Source of the DNA: Candidatus Bathyarchaeia archaeon
Lineage (GTDB): Archaea > Thermoproteota > Bathyarchaeia > Bathyarchaeales > Bathycorpusculaceae
NCBI GenBank assembly: GCA_049521795.1
Contig: JBEKOM010000013.1
Coordinates: forward strand, 1-43,527
DNA: 43,527 bases
Direction of reading: 5' to 3'
In this document: piece by piece, positions 38,620 through 43,527 of the stretch
How positions within the stretch are numbered: the first letter of the stretch is position 1
How the letters are laid out: each line of letters opens with the position of its first letter
The notes under the pieces: generated by a model
What the model was told of the DNA's origin: nothing
The model's database searches: none
Seen by the model: only the letters and a program-made list of their open reading frames with translations
Position numbers and translations under genes: made by a program

Positions 38620-39246
38620 TCAAGTCTTCCTGCGATGGACGACGACGAAAACCGTGGCAACTGAAGCCAGCAGCAAAGCGCCAACCGTGAACACGCTGAC
38701 CGCGCTGGACGGAATCGAATCTACCACGCGTCCGCCGACGCAGATCTCCCCGTATATTTTCAAGTGAAGATGGCACTCGTTGTTTCCGGTATTGTGGTCC
38801 ATCCAGTCCACGATTGCAAAGGTAATAGGGGCACCTGCTCCATTGTAATAGATGCTGTACGTATGATTCGTGTCCCCATTACTGAATGGCCCCCAATCTA
38901 CGTCGGTCCCGTTGATCTGGAGAAAAGAGTGACTACCTGGACGATAGTCATTCAGCCACTCCCAAGTGTCTATGCTGCTGGTCGTGTAATACTGAGCGTC
39001 AGCCGCCAGCCAGCTCGAATTATCATAAAACCACATCTCTGACGCCACAATCCGATACGATATGCCCGACGCCAAAACCGGAGAAGCAACCGGCACCCCC
39101 GAAGAGTACACGTCGCCTTCCCACACGAGATTCTCACCTGGATTAAGAGCCACGCCCATGGCTGACGACAGGCCCACGACGAGCAGTATCGAACAAAACA
39201 GAAGAGACGCTACTACTAGGCATCCTCTCACGGAACTACACTCCAA
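38620..39246 (-). CDS. Secreted protein with a C-terminal TM anchor and basic tail
   Basis: N-terminal signal-like helix. Ends VGGRVVDSIP, TM helix, HRRKT. Confidence 0.75.
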   Translation of the reverse strand: MECSSVRGCLVVASLLFCSILLVVGLSSAMGVALNPGENLVWEGDVYSSGVPVASPVLASGISYRIVASEMWFYDNSSWLAADAQYYTTSSIDTWEWLNDYRPGSHSFLQINGTDVDWGPFSNGDTNHTYSIYYNGAGAPITFAIVDWMDHNTGNNECHLHLKIYGEICVGGRVVDSIPSSAVSVFTVGALLLASVATVFVVVHRRKT

Positions 39247-39461
39247 AACGAGGCATATCTACTCTAGGCGTATAAAGATTTTTCGATAAATCGCCACACT
39301 GCACCGGCCCCCACTGAACGAAACCAAAACAATCAATGTCGAACAAACCCCGTCAAAGCTCGAGCGCGCGCTTCTGGAGTGAACCTGACTTGAGGCTACC
39401 ATGCGTTTCCGCTTTCAAATTTATTAGTCGGATCCACATCTGTAATACTTGAGTGATTTTA

Positions 39462-39680
39462 ATGGCGAGGGTTGCATATTTAGATGAGGAAGACCGAAAG
39501 CTCCTCTCCGAAACCAAGCAGAAGCTTGACGAAGCCACAAAGGTAATGGGCGAGCTCTTGGAGACCATTGAGATTTTAAGCGATCCAGACATGATGAAAG
39601 ACATCCGCAAAGGCCTCGAAGACATCAAGACTGGAAGAGTCAAGGAACTGCGCAGTCTTCTAAAGGAAGAAGCCCATTGA
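39462..39680 (+). CDS. Putative antitoxin for the RelE toxin
   Basis: LLETIEILSDPDMMKDIRKGLEDIKTGRV motif. Overlaps the toxin start by 4 nt. Confidence 0.8.
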   Translation: MARVAYLDEEDRKLLSETKQKLDEATKVMGELLETIEILSDPDMMKDIRKGLEDIKTGRVKELRSLLKEEAH

Positions 39681-39931
39681 AATACACGATTCTCTTATCA
39701 AGACAAGCCGAGAAATTCTATAAAAAGCTACAAGAAAAGGTCAAAACCCAAGTTCGAGAAAGTTTAATCGGTTTAGAGATTCAATCCTACGCAGGAAAAC
39801 GACTTCACGGAGACTTGAAAGAAAACTATAGCCTACGAGTTGGGAAACTCAGAATAATCTACACCATTTCAGAGAAAGACAAGACCATCTACATTATAGC
39901 CATAGGCCCAAGAAAAACGATTTACCAATAA
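39677..39931 (+). CDS. relE: RelE/ParE family toxin
   Basis: KRLHGDLKENYSLRVGKLRIIY...IGPRKTIY. Confidence 0.9.
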   Translation: MKYTILLSRQAEKFYKKLQEKVKTQVRESLIGLEIQSYAGKRLHGDLKENYSLRVGKLRIIYTISEKDKTIYIIAIGPRKTIYQ

Positions 39932-40134
39932 TATCGCGCGCATAGCGCGCATGCTTGTTCCGAAATTAGTTTGCGAAGTATCTGATGCTTCTGGAGTGAA
40001 CCTGACTTAGAGAAAAAAGAGAGGATTCCAAGAATCCCAAGAGCCGCAATTTAATGCGGCTACCCTCGCGGTGTAATTTAGGATTGAAGATAGGTTCATA
40101 TAGATGTCGCGAACATTGCATTGCTGGCGGTTTT

Positions 40135-40368
40135 ATGGTTACCCGTAGGTTCACCGTTGTTTTGGAGGCTGCTGAGGAGGGCGGATTCGTGGTTAAGTGT
40201 TTGGAGCTTCCAGTGGCCACTCAGGGCGAGACAAGGGAGGAAGCCTTAAAAAACATCAGTGAAGCTATATGGGGCTATTTGGAAGTTAAGGCAAAGCTTC
40301 TTCATGGCAAGATTCGAGGAGAAAGGGTTGAGGTGGTTGTCGAGGCTCCCTCTGCTCTCTTGGCGTGA
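40135..40368 (+). CDS. hicB: HicB-family antitoxin
   Basis: FTVVLE..EEGGFVV.C.ELP..TQGETREEAL.NI.EAI..YLE. Confidence 0.9.
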   Translation: MVTRRFTVVLEAAEEGGFVVKCLELPVATQGETREEALKNISEAIWGYLEVKAKLLHGKIRGERVEVVVEAPSALLA

Positions 40369-40399
40369 AGTCGTTAAAGTCCTCGCAAAAGCGGGCTTA
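40337..40399 (+). pseudogene. hicA: HicA toxin 5' fragment truncated at a (GC)n tract
   Basis: GAGGTGG RBS and TTG start give MSRLPLLSWREVVKVLAKAGL, then the tract at 40400-40407. The GSH motif is absent. Confidence 0.8.
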
Positions 40400-40469
40400 G
40401 CGCGCGCCGGTTGCGTCAGCCTTGGATATTATCTGTAGGAATAATGCTTCGCTGTGTATCCTTGCACTC

Positions 40470-40913
40470 TTATTGTGTTCCTGTTATGGTTATGTCGAAG
40501 CTGAAGCTTGTGACTCCGCTGGTGCTTGACGAAACCGAAAGTGTCAGCACGGCCTGAACAACTTGGCTGGCTGGCAGCACGTACTTCTCTTGGTTCCAAG
40601 TCAAAGAGATGTAGGTCGAAGCGGATGTGGGGTTCCAATTACCCACGGTCATGTTTAACGTTACCGGCACGTTGCCCGTGTTCTTCACGTACATCGTGTA
40701 AGTCTTCACATCGCCAGGGTTCAGGGTTCCCCAACTGATGCTCGAGACCGCAGTTGTGCAGGTGTTGTCCGTGTATAGGCCTACTCCTACGGCTGTAACG
40801 CTCCCGCTACTAGAAATCGTGCGAGTCGCAACAAGTGTACCTAGGGCGCTTGCCATCAGGCCCATAACCGCTATTGCTAAGACTGCTCCTAAGGTTGCTT
40901 TTTGCATGGCCAT
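40470..40913 (-). CDS. Small secreted or surface beta-rich protein
   Basis: N-terminal hydrophobic helix, ISWGTLNPG, YVKNTGNVPVTL. Confidence 0.8.
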   Translation of the reverse strand: MAMQKATLGAVLAIAVMGLMASALGTLVATRTISSSGSVTAVGVGLYTDNTCTTAVSSISWGTLNPGDVKTYTMYVKNTGNVPVTLNMTVGNWNPTSASTYISLTWNQEKYVLPASQVVQAVLTLSVSSSTSGVTSFSFDITITGTQ

Positions 40914-41153
40914 ATTTTTTCACTAAGCCGAAGCATGAGTCTTGAGTCTTAATAAACATTATTGTCTACATTATCAACACAAATACACATCGCAAAATGT
41001 ACACACAAGCAAAAACAACCTCAAAACCCTCAATAACGTTCAACACACGACAAGACACATCCCAACTAGTTATCCCAGCTTCATAAAGCTTTAACGACGC
41101 ATAACACGACTCAAACGTTCGACCTCCAAAAAAGGCCGCTCGTGGTCAACCCT

Positions 41154-41348
41154 ATGCACAACAAAGTAATCAGGCTACTTTTCCTACCAATCGCAATACT
41201 CATCTGGATAATCGGATGGACCATGCTCTGGGCAGGCACGCGTAAAGAACAAGAGACCCAACGAACCCAAGCCGAAACCGCCACAGAAGACGAGTCCATA
41301 ACCATAATACCCATGATACCCGAAGAACAAGAACAATGTGAAGGCTAA
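41154..41348 (+). CDS. Small single-TM protein
   Basis: LLFLPIAILIWIIGWTMLWAG helix followed by an acidic tail. Confidence 0.6.
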   Translation: MHNKVIRLLFLPIAILIWIIGWTMLWAGTRKEQETQRTQAETATEDESITIIPMIPEEQEQCEG

Positions 41349-41471
41349 CCCGCACGCGTGCCCACTGCACCTACAGATAAACTTTTCAGCACAGGCAAAC
41401 AACCAAACCATTAAACCGTTAAATAGGTTCCAGTTCCCTTCTTGAACAGATCCTGAAAGGATAGAGAAACC

Positions 41472-43088
41472 ATGGAAAAAGCGCTTCAGATGGGCAAGAC
41501 CTCGGCCGTTGGAAGCTTCCAGCTGCTCATAGGCGTGGCAGCATCCACTATAATCATGGCGGCAGGATCCATAATCCTGGGCAGGCTTCTCACGACCGAC
41601 GAGTACGGGCTTTACGGCATCGTGCTCATCCCAGCGACCCTGATAAACCTGTTCAGAGACTGGGGCATAAACAGCGCCATGACCAAGTACATCGCAAGCC
41701 TCAGAGCTTCACAAAGAGACGAAGAAATACACGACTTCATCGCTGCCGGGCTCATCTTCGAAGTTGCATCCGGTCTCGCCCTCTCATTCCTCTCACTCGC
41801 CCTAGCAAGCTTCATCGCCACAACAGTCTTTAACAGGCCTGAATCCGCAGGCTTCATAGCGATAATGTCGGTTTCGATAATCTCCGGATCGCTGCTCGCA
41901 GCCTCCCAATCCGGCTTCGTAGGCTTCGAAAGAATGGAACTCAACAGCTTCACACTCGTCTGCCAAGCCGTCGTGAAAACCGCAGTGGGCCCAGTGCTAG
42001 TCTTCTTAGGATACAGCGTCCTGGGGGCAATCATCGGCTGCACCTTGGGCGTCGTAGCCGCCGGAACCATCGGCCTAGCAACCTTCTACCTCGTCCTATT
42101 CAGGCCTCTTAGAAAAAAGCGAACAATAAACTCTAACATAACCAAAACGCTCAGAACAATGCTAAACTACGGAGTGCCGCTCTCAATAGGCTCCATCCTA
42201 GGAGGCATCCTAGCGCAGATTTACGCTTTCATGATAATTCCTCTAACCAGCAACACGATGTACGGCAATTATGTCGTGGCAATCAACTTCTCCGTCCTTC
42301 TAACCTTCTTCACCACCCCAATATCGACAGTGCTGTTCCCAGCGTTTGCAAAACTCGACGGTCAAAACGAGCATGAACTCCTAAAAAACGTCTTCACATC
42401 CTCAGTCAAATACACGTCCATACTGCTGATACCAGCAACGATGGCAATGATGACTCTGTCAGGCCCAATGGTCGGCACACTGTACGGAGAAAAATACGTT
42501 TACGGACCCTTCTTCCTAACCATATACGTCATAGGCAACCTGTTCGCCGTCTTCGGAAGCCTAAGCTCAGGCGGCCTCCTATACGGCCTAGGAAAAACGA
42601 GAATACTCATGATACAGAGCATAATAACACTGGCCATCGGCCTTCCACTGGGCATCGTCCTTATCCCAATGTTCGGAATAACAGGCCTCATCATCGCAAG
42701 CGTCGTCGCAGGATTACCAAGCATGTTCTGGGTCCTCTACTGGATATGGAAACACTACAAAGCCAAAGCGGACTTCGCGTCATCAGCAAAGATCTTTGCA
42801 GCATCGGCGATTGCCGCCGTCCTTGCATACTTGCCCACGGCCTTCCTTAACACACCCAACTGGACAAAACTCATAATCGGCCTAATCATCTTCCTAGCCG
42901 CCTACATCTTCGGTGCACCCATGATCGGCGCAGTGAGCCTGACAGACATAAACAACCTCAGAACTATGTTCTCCAGCATGAGCATCATATCAAAGATAAT
43001 CAACATCCCACTAAAAGCAGCAGAAAAAGCCGCCCAGACGAGAGCGCGCCACACGACGCCAGAAGAACCAGAACACCGCGAAGCCTAA
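41472..43088 (+). CDS. Oligosaccharide flippase (Wzx/MOP family)
   Basis: About 14 TM helices, RLL..DEYGLY, DWGINSAMTKYIA, VLFPAFAKL. Confidence 0.92.
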   Translation: MEKALQMGKTSAVGSFQLLIGVAASTIIMAAGSIILGRLLTTDEYGLYGIVLIPATLINLFRDWGINSAMTKYIASLRASQRDEEIHDFIAAGLIFEVASGLALSFLSLALASFIATTVFNRPESAGFIAIMSVSIISGSLLAASQSGFVGFERMELNSFTLVCQAVVKTAVGPVLVFLGYSVLGAIIGCTLGVVAAGTIGLATFYLVLFRPLRKKRTINSNITKTLRTMLNYGVPLSIGSILGGILAQIYAFMIIPLTSNTMYGNYVVAINFSVLLTFFTTPISTVLFPAFAKLDGQNEHELLKNVFTSSVKYTSILLIPATMAMMTLSGPMVGTLYGEKYVYGPFFLTIYVIGNLFAVFGSLSSGGLLYGLGKTRILMIQSIITLAIGLPLGIVLIPMFGITGLIIASVVAGLPSMFWVLYWIWKHYKAKADFASSAKIFAASAIAAVLAYLPTAFLNTPNWTKLIIGLIIFLAAYIFGAPMIGAVSLTDINNLRTMFSSMSIISKIINIPLKAAEKAAQTRARHTTPEEPEHREA

Positions 43089-43301
43089 CTCATAGCGCGC
43101 GCTGACCAGTTCATTCTCTCGGCAGCCTTTCAGCCCGAACACTTGAAAAAAGGGCGGCCGCCCGACAGCTAAGGGACAGCATGGAACGATTTTTCCCGAT
43201 TCTTCCAACAAGCCGCTCCTGGACAAATCCTAAATACTATCCTAGCTCACAAACCTTCTCAGAACATCGCCTGTATCGGCCAGGATGCGAGATGCACCAA
43301 A

Positions 43302-43527
43302 GTGATTGAACGCACAATACTTGTCACGGGCGGAGCCGGTTTCATAGGCAGTCATTTGACCGAAGAGTTGCTAAGCCAGGGACACAAAGTAACCATACTC
43401 GACAACTTCTCAAACGGAAAAATGAATAACATTCAACACTTGCTGGGCAACCCTTCCCTAACCATGGTAAAAGAAGACTTGAAAAGACCCAAGAAACTGG
43501 GGAAAATCATGAACGCCTCGGACACAA
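43302..43527 (+). CDS. NAD-dependent epimerase/dehydratase, running off the window end
   Basis: Manual translation [24 protein letters not shown]...LDNFSNG. Confidence 0.88.
   Translation, partial: MIERTILVTGGAGFIGSHLTEELLSQGHKVTILDNFSNGKMNNIQHLLGNPSLTMVKEDLKRPKKLGKIMNASDT

Larger units (their letters stand above)
39370..40008 (+). repeat. 22-bp perfect direct repeat (39370-39391 and 39987-40008) flanking the RelBE pair, with a MITE-type left end at 39943
   Basis: GCTTCTGGAGTGAACCTGACTT occurs twice. TAGCGCGCATGCTTGTTCCGAAATT starts at 39943. Confidence 0.85.

Noticed and set aside
161-43102. (GC)n tracts as integron attC sites or REP elements
   Set aside because: There are no conserved flanking arms or GTTRRRY/RYYYAAC boxes and no integrase. 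The shared sequence is only 6-13 nt and also occurs inside broken genes.
161-43102. Tracts as laboratory BssHII ligation chimeras
   Set aside because: Disfavoured but not excluded. Duplicated segments are diverged, some tracts are decayed, intact genes are spared, and paralogues lack the site at breakpoints.

Overview
This 43.5-kb window is an archaeal cell-envelope glycosylation island. A Bathyarchaeia-like host is inferred from GGTGA-type ribosome-binding sites, TATA-like promoters, DUF1616 and an exosortase-family gene. It encodes GT2/GT4 glycosyltransferases, two WecB copies, two DegT aminotransferases, NDP-sugar epimerases, AsnB-like and FemAB-like modifiers, a flippase, an exosortase with a VPEP-CTERM substrate, and RelBE and HicBA toxin-antitoxin modules. 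The striking feature is unexplained by these genes. I count by eye about 57 alternating (GC)n tracts of 6-13 nt, about 39 of them 8 nt or longer, often as TAGCGCGCGC or GCGCGCGCTA. They bracket most genes and sit exactly at the breakpoints of truncated, internally deleted, duplicated or fused genes. Where an intact paralogue exists in the window, it lacks the tract at the breakpoint, so the tracts look like scars written during DNA rearrangement. A MITE-like element with TA-GCG(C/T)GCATGC ends is a candidate source. No responsible enzyme is encoded in the window.
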